Assembly: GCA_965649765.1 (NCBI GenBank)
Contig: OZ287749.1
Coordinates: forward strand, 30,938,001-31,002,000
Reading direction: 5' to 3'
Length of the DNA stretch: 64,000 nt
DNA from: Bispira polyomma
Lineage: Eukaryota
Shown here one piece after another: positions 50,098-61,999 of the stretch (within the stretch, counting starts at the first letter, position 1; every line of letters begins with the position of its first letter). A program made the translations under genes and the position numbers. The notes below the pieces were generated by a model that saw nothing but the letters and a program-made list of their open reading frames with translations, made no database searches and was not told the DNA's origin.

Positions 50098-51492
50098 CTA
50101 GTTTAACTTAGCTTTGCCTGGGTTGTCAATCCCCCCCTTATTTGTACGGTTCTTGGGGCAGTCCCGAGAATAGTGACCCTTTTCATGACACCTGTAACAT
50201 TCAACCTCTGTTAATTTCCGACCCCTGACCTGGTAATTACCCTTATTTGTATGGTCATGATTCGGCTTATTTGGTGTCATAGTCTTAAGTTGGTCATTTA
50301 TCTGATCTATTTGGTCACGATTTTGCTTCAGTGCAGACAAAATATCTTGCAGAATTTTGTCTTCACTTCTATCTTCCACAGCAAAAACTCTCCCACCAAC
50401 TGGCTTTACAAACTTCTTTTGTGAAGTCTGTTCAAAACTTTCATACTCAGTTGCTAATGAGATAGCCTCATGTAAACTACGGGGATGTGCAAATTGCACA
50501 TGCTTTTTAATATCAATGTTCCCCAAGCCATTTATGAACTGGTCAAGAACCCACTGTTCCTGTGCCTTAAGACTAATCGTAGGGAATGCCTTAGGTGCTA
50601 ATCTACTTAGGGCATACCCATACTGCATGGGAGTTTCACTGTCTTTCTTGACCCAGTTCCTGAACTCAATCTTGTATGTAACCTCCCGTTCTGCAGGGTT
50701 AAACCTGTTTTCTAATTCGGTTATTAGGGCATTGTAATCATGAGTATCAATGTATGGAGCCAAATCACTGAAAACCCTTTGGGCCTCCCCCTGTAAACTC
50801 ATGATTAACTGAGTTGCTCTTTCATCATAACCCCACCCATTCCAGTTTGCTACAGTCTCAAAATGGTTCATATAATCATTCCATTCTGTTGACTGCCCAT
50901 CAAACTTATCAGGGTCACGTTGCCTGCGGTAATTAGTTCGTGCTGGCTCTCTACAGCCTAAACCATGATTCTCACGCTGAGGTTTGAACCTACGATCCCC
51001 ATTACCATTTAGCCTTATACTGTGTTGGTGCCCACCTAGACTAGTCTGCCTTAAACTCCTAGTCCTAAGATCCTGACCAACCTGCCTATTTTCATAGCCC
51101 TTTTGTGAATCTGGAACCCAAGGCTTTGCCTCAGGCCTTAAAGGCTGATTGTGCCTCTCTGCCTGTGTCTGAAAAATGCCTGGATCACTATGATTGACCC
51201 CTACTTTTCCCTTAATTGGCTTTACAGGAGTAGAATGGATGATGTCATCCAGCTGTAAATCACAGGATTCATCATCGCTACTATTATTCTCATTTCTGAG
51301 CCCTAAACCCCTTAAGTCAGGTGGAGCTGTGGCTGCAGATGTAGGCCTTTGATATCTGACTGGAACAGTATTAAACTGTACTTCAGAATCAAGCCCTGTC
51401 CCAATAGACTCCCCATCTTGCCTTCTGTGAGGCCACCTGGGTATCCATTCCCGAACAGTCTGCATCCAGCTCCTTGAGCCTGACTTACTCAT
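50098..51492 (-). CDS. gag: Gypsy gag
   Basis: 464-aa open ORF: PDKFDG, HFETVANWNGW, QFINGL, CYRCHEKGHYSRDC zinc knuckle; ends LN* (GTTAAAC, likely frameshift site). Confidence 0.95.
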   Translation of the reverse strand: MSKSGSRSWMQTVREWIPRWPHRRQDGESIGTGLDSEVQFNTVPVRYQRPTSAATAPPDLRGLGLRNENNSSDDESCDLQLDDIIHSTPVKPIKGKVGVNHSDPGIFQTQAERHNQPLRPEAKPWVPDSQKGYENRQVGQDLRTRSLRQTSLGGHQHSIRLNGNGDRRFKPQRENHGLGCREPARTNYRRQRDPDKFDGQSTEWNDYMNHFETVANWNGWGYDERATQLIMSLQGEAQRVFSDLAPYIDTHDYNALITELENRFNPAEREVTYKIEFRNWVKKDSETPMQYGYALSRLAPKAFPTISLKAQEQWVLDQFINGLGNIDIKKHVQFAHPRSLHEAISLATEYESFEQTSQKKFVKPVGGRVFAVEDRSEDKILQDILSALKQNRDQIDQINDQLKTMTPNKPNHDHTNKGNYQVRGRKLTEVECYRCHEKGHYSRDCPKNRTNKGGIDNPGKAKLN

Positions 51493-51554
51493 ACTGCCCT
51501 AATATTCTTAAACTCACAAAAAAAAATATCCCTCTTAAATACAGTGACATACAA

Positions 51555-51572
51555 ATCCTGGTCACAGCACCA
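51555..51572 (-). promoter_or_regulatory. primer binding site, tRNA-His-like
   Basis: tggtgctgtgaccaggat resembles the complement of the tRNA-His 3' end (TGGTGCCGTGACTCGGAT); 7 nt from the 5' LTR. Confidence 0.75.
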
Positions 51573-51579
51573 TTAATTC

Positions 51580-52556
51580 TGTGGCGACCTTCAGTATAGT
51601 CTCAAGTTCAAAATATAAACAGCTGCATCTGAATGTTCAACTGATCTAACTTCGCGTTGTGTTCAAAGTTATAGTGACCAGTCACTGACCACGACTAAGG
51701 TTCCCATAGTATAACAAGAACCTCTTACGATCACGCTTGGTATGAAATGGACACTTGGCTGTATTTCTGGATACTTAATAAAAGATTAAAAGACTAATTA
51801 TAGAGTTAAAATATATCTTCTTTTATTTAAAGACTCATTTTATAACTTCATTACATGTTTTTACAATTGAGCAGAGTTCTCATAACTCACCAGTTTGAAT
51901 ACACTATTGGATTATATTTAAGACACAAAGAAACATTAACTGAACCCATCAAACTACCTAGTACTGGGATGCCATTCACCTAACTTAATGGTGGCCCCTA
52001 AAAGTGCCAATGCACTGATGCAGGTTCCACCAAACCATAGTGTGAACTGACCTCCCAGTATCTTCTGTAAGTACAGGGCTAAGTATAATTAATATTTACC
52101 ATATTTTACTGCGGCAAAAAGAGCTTCCAGTATATATTTCCTGGTATACTGTTTGTTTACCAGTTATACTAGAACACACTCTAGGCCACCCTCTCCTCCT
52201 GCAAAAACCCACTTGTTTATATACACAATTACGGTACTTCCCGGTGAATCTCCGGATATTCTTATGAAGACCTTGCACCTGTTTACTAATATAACATTTA
52301 CATTTAATATGAATTTGACTGTATATATTTGCTAGCTTATAATTATAACACACTAAATATGCAAGTTTAAAGACAAATTGACCCACAGTAGAAGTCTTAC
52401 ATTACATTAAACATTTTAAGATGACCTTAAATTATTGACCAACTTTGCTAAGTTATGTATATTATATACAAAAGCAGTGGGCGGAAAAACCACCGCAAAC
52501 ACCGACAGCAGTAAAAGAAGGGAATTGATATAGCCTTTCTGTGGCGGGTCGTTTCA
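51580..52556 (-). repeat. 5' LTR
   Basis: Copy of 44517-45493. Confidence 0.97.
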
Positions 52557-53282
52557 CTAGTAATACAAATCAGGTTATTTAATTTTACAAATAAGACCAT
52601 CTAGTAACATGTTAGTCTCTGTGGTTCATCAATTTTGACTTTTTTTTGGGGGGGGGCCTTCAACTATGGTCACTTTCCACCTGTTTATAAACATGTTAAT
52701 AATTTAAGATTAAACTGATGTACAGAAAATAGATACTTTAGAGCAGCAGCGTATTCAGAATTGGTGTAATTTATACTTCAACAGATAAATTTATATATTT
52801 TATTTTACCCATGACTCATTATTTTCTACTAGTTAGTACTGGGGGACAGGCTAAAAGCTTATTTATTTTCTTGTCTCAACAACTACCTAATTTTTGCCGG
52901 TGCTTCCTATTCTGTATACTAAAACAAGGCAAAGTCTGACCATATTGCATTGACACATTATTAAGCAACCTAACTGAATGGCCCTTGCCCTGAGGTAACT
53001 ACCAAGGGTAACTGGGGCAAAAAAATAAAAGAAGCATTTCCCTTATTGTTGTTTTCCATTACTGCTGACCGGATAAAAACCCCTAACGATGTTCAGATAT
53101 TTTGTCGTAATTAGCTCTTCATTAACACCAATTCATGAAACCTTATAAGATTAGTTGTTATGGAGATGGATAGTAATTGACATCATCTTTAACTAGACCT
53201 AATTCATCAAACAAACATCGCTCCAGCAAATAGAGTGTGTCTAATACAGAGATTGTCTCCACAAATATGGCCCAAATTTAAG

Positions 53283-53283
<1 letters not shown>

Positions 53284-53364
<81 letters not shown>
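53284..53364. repeat. (TA)n microsatellite
   Basis: About 40 TA units. Confidence 0.98.
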
Positions 53365-53367
<3 letters not shown>

Positions 53368-53569
53368 TTAAAATTTTAATCACATATTTTATTATATTTA
53401 AGTTTTAGTTTTTAGTTTATTCGTTTATTTCTGTTAGTAGAACATCAACACATCATGTTTAAACTTATACAGAGCATGAGTTTTCAGTCCATATTGGCTT
53501 ATTGTTGGCTTATTATTGGTGATATGGGTTGGTTAAAGCCAAAATTTACAAAACGACTATGCAGTATAT

Positions 53570-54000
53570 GTTTATGTAATTGCTTTGGTTATACCGCCAA
53601 ATGATAGGTTAACTAACAAAGTTTTTGAGTGGGACTATGTCAAATGTGAAAAATAACTAGTGCTCGGATATTTTAAGCCTTCCAACTGAAATTAATAGAT
53701 ACTGTAACATAAAATATAGTATTACTGAAAAATGAGAAAAATTGAATGTTAGTGAACGTATTTGTGAAATGGGTAATCTAAATTATATTGAAGATGAAAT
53801 GCATTTTTTTTATTAAAATGTCCTCGTTATGATTTACACAGAAAATATCTTCCTAATAAATATGAACTTGTGCATCGCTGTATTCAAAAAATAAAATCGA
53901 TAAATTTACCCTTATAATGCAAAACTCAAATAAAAATCTGGCAACTTTTTGGATAAAGGCATGGGAATGTAGAAAAAATCTTCTGTTTAAATAATATATT
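53570..54000 (+). mobile_element. non-LTR retrotransposon 3' fragment with CCHC finger
   Basis: RLTNKVFEWDY and ERICEMGNLNYIEDEMHF..KCPRYDLHRK. Confidence 0.7.
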
Positions 54001-55071
54001 TGAAATTGTATTTTGTGCGGAATTATGTATTTACATACCATTGAATTATTGTGCTAAAATTGTAATTATGGTAAAATAGTATAGAATTAATGTAATATAG
54101 TTAAACTATTAGTAATGTATTTGTGAGGAATTATATACAAAATTCAATTTCTAATATTTTAAATAGAAAACATAATGTTTCTATATTGTCATGCACATTT
54201 CACAATTACATTCACTAACTTTCAGGTCTCTCTAATTTCTTAGTAATCTACTATCTCATATATTAAATATCTACCAGTTTCAACATGAAGGTGTACACAG
54301 GTAACATTAGTCTACCATTGTTATGACACACCGTTCACAGTTATAAGCTGAGCTGAGCCACATTGTACATGCATACTGTTCAACAATATGTAGGGCAATG
54401 AGAAGAGAAAGCATTATGAACATCAATTTTTGATTTCCTGGGTTTTTATCCACATTAAAGTAAACTGATATAGATATATATGTTACAGGAAAACTGTGTA
54501 ACCAGGGATTTCGGGAAATCCCTAGAAATTTCAGTTATTTCATGAAATCCCTGATTCACTTGGGCAATTTACACAGTTTGCCTGTAACATATACACACAT
54601 AAATATATATACACTACTATTAAATGAAACTTTTATGTGACCATTGTTGAAGCAGCAAAAAGGCATTAAGGATGTATGTACCTGACTAAACTTATTCAAA
54701 CTAGAAGGGAACCTAGTAGAGTGCATACCTCTACCAAGTTGCCAGCGAGTCAAAAAGTTAAAAACCCTTCTGTATCTGTGTTTCTATCTGGGGTTTCACT
54801 CTAGGATTTAATGCATTCTTCATTGGGCATATGGCTCATTTGTCCACCCAACAAACCAACAAACAATCATTGTATTTTTTTCCCATAACAAGTACTACTT
54901 TTCATACTTTTCTTCCCGTAAACATTTTAATATCAATTCTTTTATGGCATATAAATCTGTTGATAAATCTATTTATATATCTAGTAAAAAGGTTATACAA
55001 TTCAGTTACGGAAACATCATATCTATACCCATCAACTCTGAGAATCTGTTCTTTGTTTGCAATTTCTGTAC

Positions 55072-56970
55072 AGTTCATTCATACACCGATTACAATGGGT
55101 GCCAGTTGCACCCAGAAGGGAGACTGTTGTTTGCAAATGGTTTTGTTCTGTCAATCAAAGGAGTAAGTTATTTAAAGCATCCCCATCAGCACAATTATAC
55201 AGCCAGCCACATTCATTCATTTAACTAACTGATTGTAAATTACTTCCGATAGGAATCAATATATTTTATAGTTGAAGTTAAGTCAGACTGTATTATAATA
55301 CATGTACATGGGTGGGAATTGCACAACAGAACAATCATTTGCCTTTGATAGTTCAGTTAATTACAGAGTAATAAGGACAATATACTGTTCAAGGGTAATA
55401 TTATGTAATGAATGATAGATTTTGTGCCATAAAATGTGCAGATGTTTCTTCTGGCCCTTTTAGCTTAGGGGATTATGGTCCAAAAAGGCCAAATGTACCC
55501 ATCATTTGTGAAGATATCTGGCAAACAACCTTAATATAGTCAAGGATATAAATTATTTTTAATATATATTCATGTTTAGTCTGAATCAATCTATATTTTA
55601 CTTGCTTTTCCAAATCCTACTTCTTAAAATCACATATTTCCACTATTGCTACTGTATTATTGCAAGTCCAAACCAATTGACAAAGTTTTGAAAAAACAAG
55701 TTTAGCTTAAGATAAAAAGTTTTGACAACGCATAACATGATCCAATAGGGGTCTGCTAGTTCAGTTCTACCAACACAAAAGTTGCTACCTACCTTAACAC
55801 CTGGTGGCAGATTTGACTACAATTATTTAATCTGTCCATCTACTCTTCTTAGCCAATCACATTCATTGTCCCCTACAACTTACTCTTTGACATTGGGGTA
55901 CTATTCTATTACTACTGTATTGGCAGTCCAAAGAAATTTACAAAATAAAAAAAAACAAAACACATAAGTTAATCTTAAGATAAAAAAAAAAGTTTCGACA
56001 AAGATAGTGATATAATCCAACCGGCAGATTATGACATGGCAGGGAGTCATCATTGAACAGCAAACAAACTCATTAACTGCAGAGGGTGAGATTTGGTTCT
56101 GAAGTGGTAGCTTGCTAGATCTAAACAGGCTAGAACCAGACCATTGTTTATGTGGCCACTTAATACCCCAGGCAGAGATACAATTCTGGCTTTCCTATAT
56201 GATAAACAAAAAGTTGGAGAGACTTTATCTTAAATATATATACACAAATGTATTGGTGTAGAACATAATTTATTGTAATCGTAATTGTAATTGTAATCTG
56301 ATTTATACTCAGCACATAAATCTACCTTCATCAGGTATTCAGAGCTCTTATTAACCTTTTCTTGACTGCAACCGTCAACTGTCATTCCCCTAACTGAAGA
56401 GAGAGGCTTGAGGATGACCATTTATCAATGTCCCAATGTTATCAATGGTCATGGTGGACCACAATTATAATACATTATAAGATAGGGCTAATATATCTTT
56501 TGATCAGACCACTGTTTTTTTGTTCAAGTAACCAAACACACATTGAGGTAAATACCATATATTGTTGTTAAAGCCCCTTGTGGATTTTAACCTTTTTTGT
56601 GACAATGCTAATATTCTTTATACAAAACTTCACTAAACTCTTATAAGTAATTCCAATAAATAATATGTACAATTATTTCTTGGTGTTTCTTTCTAATTGA
56701 ATTTTCCTTCCATATTTTATTTTGGAAGAATAGCAGGAGCATTGAAACGAGGAAACAACATACATCTATCTAGTGAAGTGGTCAAACTTTTATTCCTTCT
56801 CTATTTGATACACTGGTCTCATTTAATCAACACAAGATTTTAATAATCAGCGATGGCAAGCATGAAGAATACTGAGAATATTTTTTTTTTAATTTCAGGA
56901 AACAGTTATAATTCATTTCAATGGAAAATGACCGGCTTTACAGTGTCTTATGAAACCGAGACAACTTCCT
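55072..56970 (+). pseudogene. decayed exons of a possible CUB-domain gene
   Basis: AG/GT-bounded exon ~55073-55162 (HSYTDYNGCQLHPEGRLLFANGFVLSIKG|gtaagt). CUB-like pieces Y*PFLDC..TVIPLTEERGLRMTIY (~56350-56425) and ttcag|GNSYNSFQWKMTGFTVSYET (~56900). Confidence 0.3.
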
Positions 56971-57247
56971 TTACAAGTCAATTGTTTATATTTTTTTTAG
57001 TATTTCTAATAAAGAAACGAAGAGAATACCAGCTAGTACTTAGAGGAAGACTGCAATTAACTCAAATGGAAACAGAAAGAAAACACTGGCAGTTCTAAAG
57101 GTGAATAAAATACAGTTTTAACTAAGCTTAGTTATACCATATATATATTAAAATATATAGCCTCCTCCTATAATATTAATGCTTCCTTATCAGAATTAAT
57201 GGCCTCACCAAAATATATGAATATCTCAGCCCATATGTTCCCTATTA

Positions 57248-58229
57248 AGGGCCAGTCACACAGTCCTCACGAGCGGTTAAAGAGCTGCTGCAAGCTGAAA
57301 TATGAGATAGGTTGCTGGAAGTCTTTTGTCATCTTTAAACTCTCTTGCGTTTGATCGGTGAAGGTTGCTGGAGGTTTCGCTAGATCCTTGTTGATCTTTA
57401 AATGGTTTTGCTCGTAGAGAGGTTACTCCGTTTACAAGTGATTACTCTCTTCGATCCAGATAGTTGCTGGAGGTCTTTGTTTGATCTCCCACTGATCAGC
57501 GATAGGTTCCTTAGAAAGTGCCACCTCCGTGCCACAGTTCTTCACAGGTTTTTGTTTGTTTTTAACTGGTCTTTAATATTTTTAATGGGCAACCTATCTT
57601 AAGTCTGTCTCCGACCAGTCTTAAGATCAGTTCTAGATCAAAAAAGCAATATTTGGTGATCTCAGGAAGATGGCGACTAATCCTTAATTGGTTGTGCAAA
57701 CAATCCCCGAGCAATCTCACCACCTGTCGCCGACATGTATAACATCAAAAGAAAATCCCTGACGGCTATTCACTGATCTTTATTCAGTCTCCAACCGGTC
57801 TGCAACTAATCCCTGATTGGACTCACCACCTATCACCGACTAATCAAATTATTGGAGAACGCAGTATTTATATCCATATCAATATGCTCCCCGAGAGGTC
57901 TGCGATAGATGTTCCACCATCCTGCAATTGTCGGCAACTAGTTTTTGATGGTCGCACGACGATCTCAGACTAGATGCCGACAATCCCACGGAGGTTTTTG
58001 GTCTTCAGATCAACCCTACAAGCTCTAGAGAGCTTCCGTGGATGGAATGCTGGTCATTGCAAGAGTGGTAGGCGACCGGTGGCCAACCCCCCAAAGCTGA
58101 ATTTAGGTGTGACTGCTGCAACAAAATCTTAAAAAGATCCCAGGTAATTGCCAGTGATCAGCAGTTTTTCTTTGATTTTCAGCTCGCAGCAGCTCTTTAA
58201 CCAGTCTTGAGGGCTGTGAGACTGGGGCT
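57248..58229 (-). mobile_element. Harbinger MITE related to 32086-37421
   Basis: TIRs agggccagtcacacag... / ...ctgtgagactggggct, TTA target-site duplication. Subterminal sequences match both ends of the large element in opposite orientation. Confidence 0.9.
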
Positions 58230-58259
58230 TTAGAACATCCAGAAAGTGTTTGTGTTCTA

Positions 58260-58502
58260 TCATCTTGTGTGCACCACATATAATCTTGTAATCACAAGAC
58301 AAGATTATCTCGTGCTCACAAGGCAATATGCTTAAGTTGTACTTAATACATAATAAATAGTGCACACAAGATAATCTTGTGATCAGGAGTTAATAAGTTG
58401 TGCTCATGAGATAATAAGTCGTAAGCACAAGATTATAAGTCGTGAAGGCAACACAAAAGAACAAAACAAAAAAACATAGGTGTCTTCACAGGGGCTCCGA
58501 AC
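58260..58502. mobile_element. non-autonomous DNA transposon fragment with cacaagat(a) repeats
   Basis: Repeated tcgtg/cacaagata motifs ending ggggctccg. Confidence 0.45.
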
Positions 58503-58920
58503 AAATGCATTTATATCTCATGGAATAAGATGTGGCAAAAGTTTTTTCATCATAAAAAAGTAACTACCTTATTTTTGAGTTCACCTTTTCAGTTGGCATC
58601 CATCAAAATTATTTTTCATAATAGAGAGAGAGAGAAAGTAATTGATTTATAGTGCCACCTGTAATTACAGTGTTATATACATGAAATGAAAACATCAACA
58701 TATACAGCCATTCCAAATAGACCTTGTTCTATGCCCCCTGAATCAGTCGTGCTTTTACTGATTTGTAGTGACAGAGAGTGGATACCATAAGCAAAACTTC
58801 AAAAATCTGACACGGCAATTTACTATATACCATGCAACGGGAAATATACGGATTGATCATTAAATTAATCAATATACAACCACAAACTGAATGGAAAGAT
58901 GTTAGTTTTTTCTGTTATAG

Positions 58921-59090
58921 GTGTTGTGTCAGATTTGTTGACTTTTGCTTATGGGAACCGCTCTGTCCCTTGTCGTGTGTACAGTCAGTTCATCAAAGCT
59001 TTGTCGAGGACAGAAAACTTGGTCTACCATCCCAACAGTTTGGCTTATGAAGCACTCTATATACATCAATTATTCAATAAACATGGTTAA
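58921..59090 (+). CDS. candidate terminal exon of unknown gene
   Basis: Acceptor tttttctgttatag| followed by an open frame VVSDLLTFAYGNRSVPCRVYSQFIKALSRTENLVYHPNSLAYEALYIHQLFNKHG*. Confidence 0.3.
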
Positions 59091-59185
59091 CAAATATTTT
59101 ACAAGCATTTATGAACACAGAATTTTAACAATATTTACTACAGATATTTACTGCATTATATATATACAAATTACAAATATAGTTA

Positions 59186-60102
59186 CAGCCGAATGAAATG
59201 AGTTTGAGGTCAAGGTCATAAGATGGTAGTTTGACCTTGTGTGTGAGGTTTTGAAAGGTAAGAGGTCAGATGCAGTTTGGAATATTTATTTATAAATCTT
59301 TAGTTTATAAATGTTTAGCTTCTATGTACAACTATACAGAAAATTTTAGATAAGAACTAAAATTTTAACATGCCAATAAGCAAGTAAAGGGTTTAAAAAA
59401 CCCAACACATAAGATAAAATATAAGAGTAAGGTAACTCATAGACAAAGCAACATGGTAAATATAACCAATGATGACTAAGAATAAAATGCTAGTAGCAAT
59501 ATGGTAAGTATAACCAATCATAGCTAAAAATAAGAAAATAAAGCAATATGGTAAATACAACCAATGATAACTACAAAATAAAATAACATGCTAGTACAGC
59601 AATATGGTAAATATAACCAGTGATCACTAAAATTAAAATGCTACTGTAGCAATATGGTAAATATAACCAATTATAGCTAAACATAAAAGATAAAGCAATA
59701 TGGTAAAAATAACCAATCATAGCTTAAACAATTTAAAAGAATTAAAGCCCTAAGGCAAAGAAGTGAGTGTTAAACCCACAATCCTTAGATATTCTACAAA
59801 TATGTACAAGGGCGGAGGGTTGGGAGATTTTTGATGTTGTTAGTTTGATTTCTGACTTAATAATGAGCTTATCATAGAAAGGGCGTGAAAGCGCTGGGGA
59901 GAGTAAGAGAGATTTGTCTTCTGACTTATCAGTGAGATTATAAGAAAGGCGGGAAACGCCGAGGAGAGTGGAGGTGTTATCTGAATGCAGCATTGGGGTG
60001 AGAAGTGACTGTGATAAGCAAGTAGTTTTGAAAATAGAAGTACAGTAAAGTATAGCATTTCCGCGGCTGGCTAGCCATGCTACTTCGTGGCAGTGACGAA
60101 GA
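59186..60102 (-). mobile_element. non-autonomous YR-type mini-element related to 42251-43142
   Basis: Minus-strand head gtcactgccacgaagtagcatggc resembles gtcactgctagcatagcatgac. Arm cagccgcggaaatg (plus 60056-60069) pairs with the terminus (plus 59186 cagccgaatgaaatg). Shared 3' motif gtatagttgtacatag. 5' end uncertain by ~3 nt. Confidence 0.65.
59445..59725. repeat. tandem ~45-57-bp units (gcaatatggtaaatataaccaat...) x6
   Basis: Motif recurs at ~59448, 59495, 59543, 59599, 59649 and 59695. Confidence 0.85.
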
Positions 60103-60607
60103 CTATTTATAAAAAAACTAATAGCTACTCATACTCACATAATCATATTTTTACGAATTTTTAAAATTTCCAAAAAATATATGCTGAAGTTCGAGATATT
60201 ATCTTCATTAATTTTTTTAGATCATGAAAGTTATCCCATGTCTGATATTTTTCTCATAATAAGCCTAGTAGTATCATGGAAAAAGAGTTTTGCTTATTTG
60301 AGAGTGTGGTTATGGGATTCTTTAAGGGCTTTACAGACCGCCCAGGGCACCACACAACACTACATAAAAATAGAAACAATATATATTAATATTCAGACTG
60401 GTTCCAGCACGACACTACAATTGGCCTCGGAGAAATCTCTAAAAATGTTGTGCCATGTTGTGTCGTGGGAGATTTGTAAAGTCCTTGAGAATGACTTAAA
60501 AAAATAATGGCGAGTACTCAAACCAATCTTTTTACTAGAAGAATATCACAAGAGAGATATAGCACAAAGTGTAGCCACTACAATCATGTGAAACATAAAT
60601 ACAGAAA

Positions 60608-60825
60608 ATAACTAGAACAGCACTCAGTAGAGCGCATACATTTATCAAGGGGCCACAGATCCAAAAAGTGAAGGAAAAGTCTTAGATCCGTCCAAAACCT
60701 GGTTCATACTCCACCTGTCCACCAAATTTCATATAAACTGGTTTTGTAGCACCTGGTAACAAAACAAAACTAGCAAATCAATGGACAAAGGCAAACGCAT
60801 TATACTTTCTCAGTAAAGGTAAAAA
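60608..60825 (+). mobile_element. Helentron/HINE-like non-autonomous element
   Basis: Head aactagaacagcactcagtagagcgcatac, also seen at ~54698-54740, with ccaccaaatttcat interior. Confidence 0.5.
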
Positions 60826-61456
60826 GGGATATTATTGGTCTATAATTAATGTATATGTTTAGCAGTAACTGTTTGACTAATTAATTTGATTAATAAAATT
60901 TGATTAATGATTATTTATTTAGATAATCTGTCCACTCAACCAATGAATCAAAATAAGGCTTGGTACAAAAAAGGTATCTTCTAAACATCTTGTCTTATTT
61001 GCTTTGTAAGAAGAGACTAAAGAAATAAAGGAAGACGCAAAAAAAGAGGTAGAAACGGATGAAGAGGTGGAAGAAGAAAACAGGTGGAAGTCAAAAAAAC
61101 AGGTGAAAGCCAAAAAAACAGGTGGAAGCGGAAGTAGGCGAGAAAGAGGTTGAGGAGGAGAAAGAGAGTGTAAGGAAAACATGGGTGAAGAACAACAGGA
61201 AGAACTGGAGAAACAGGAGGAGCAACTGATGGGGGAGGAGCATGAATAAGAAGGGGGTCGGCCAATCAAATTCAAGATAAACAAGTGACAGACAGCTGGA
61301 TAAACAAAAGAGAAACAAAAAAAGCATTATAGAAGAATGAGGATATTTCGATATTTTAGATTAGTATACTGCCTGATGTGTGATAGTATAAGTTGCACAA
61401 AACAGAATAATACTCTTATTATTATCTTCATATGAAAACAGTATAAAATACATGTA

Positions 61457-61462
<6 letters not shown>

Positions 61463-61533
<71 letters not shown>
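61463..61533. repeat. (TA)n microsatellite
   Basis: About 35 TA units. Confidence 0.98.
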
Positions 61534-61537
<4 letters not shown>

Positions 61538-61707
61538 CCTAGACAAAAATCTCTTTTAACTCTTACAAGTTTATGTTTAGTTTATTTAACTTCACCAGTT
61601 GTATGTCAAAATATATTTGAAAAATCTTTAATATTCAAGTACATGTAAATGATTTCCCACAAGCCACAGAAAGACAAGACCAGGCATGCACAAAAAGAGC
61701 ATACCAC

Positions 61708-61937
61708 TGGCTGTATTCACAAAAGGTCTTTGACTTAACGTAGTCTTAAGCTAAACATTTATGTGTAAAACATTTAAACTACCTACGTTTAATATAAGTG
61801 TGAAGTACAGAGTTAACATTACACAAATATATTTTCTTACTGTCACTGGGACTCAGACCAAAATTTTACCTTTTTCACCAAAGACAAAAATCTTCAGACT
61901 AAGTTAAGAGTAACACTCTTTGGTAAATATGGCCCCT
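61708..61937. mobile_element. MITE with imperfect TIRs
   Basis: ggctgtattcacaaaag ... ctttggtaaatatggcccc. Confidence 0.5.
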
Positions 61938-61999
61938 TGCCATTTATGCAGAAGGATTTTTACTCTGAAAAGTTCTTATATCAACCTATTTTAGTCAGT

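Larger units (their letters stand above)
44517..52556 (-). mobile_element. Gypsy/Ty3 LTR retrotransposon, both LTRs present, RT partly deleted
   Basis: 977-bp TG...CA LTRs, CTAG target-site duplication (44513-16, 52557-60), PBS, PPT and PR-RT-RH-IN domain order. Confidence 0.97.

Noticed and set aside
60919-61327. Ser/Phe-rich minus-strand ORFs
   Set aside because: Antisense shadows of a purine-rich tract; the plus-strand E/K-rich frame has stops and no identifiable domain.
61361-61648. ORFs with IYIY runs
   Set aside because: Translation of a (TA)n microsatellite.
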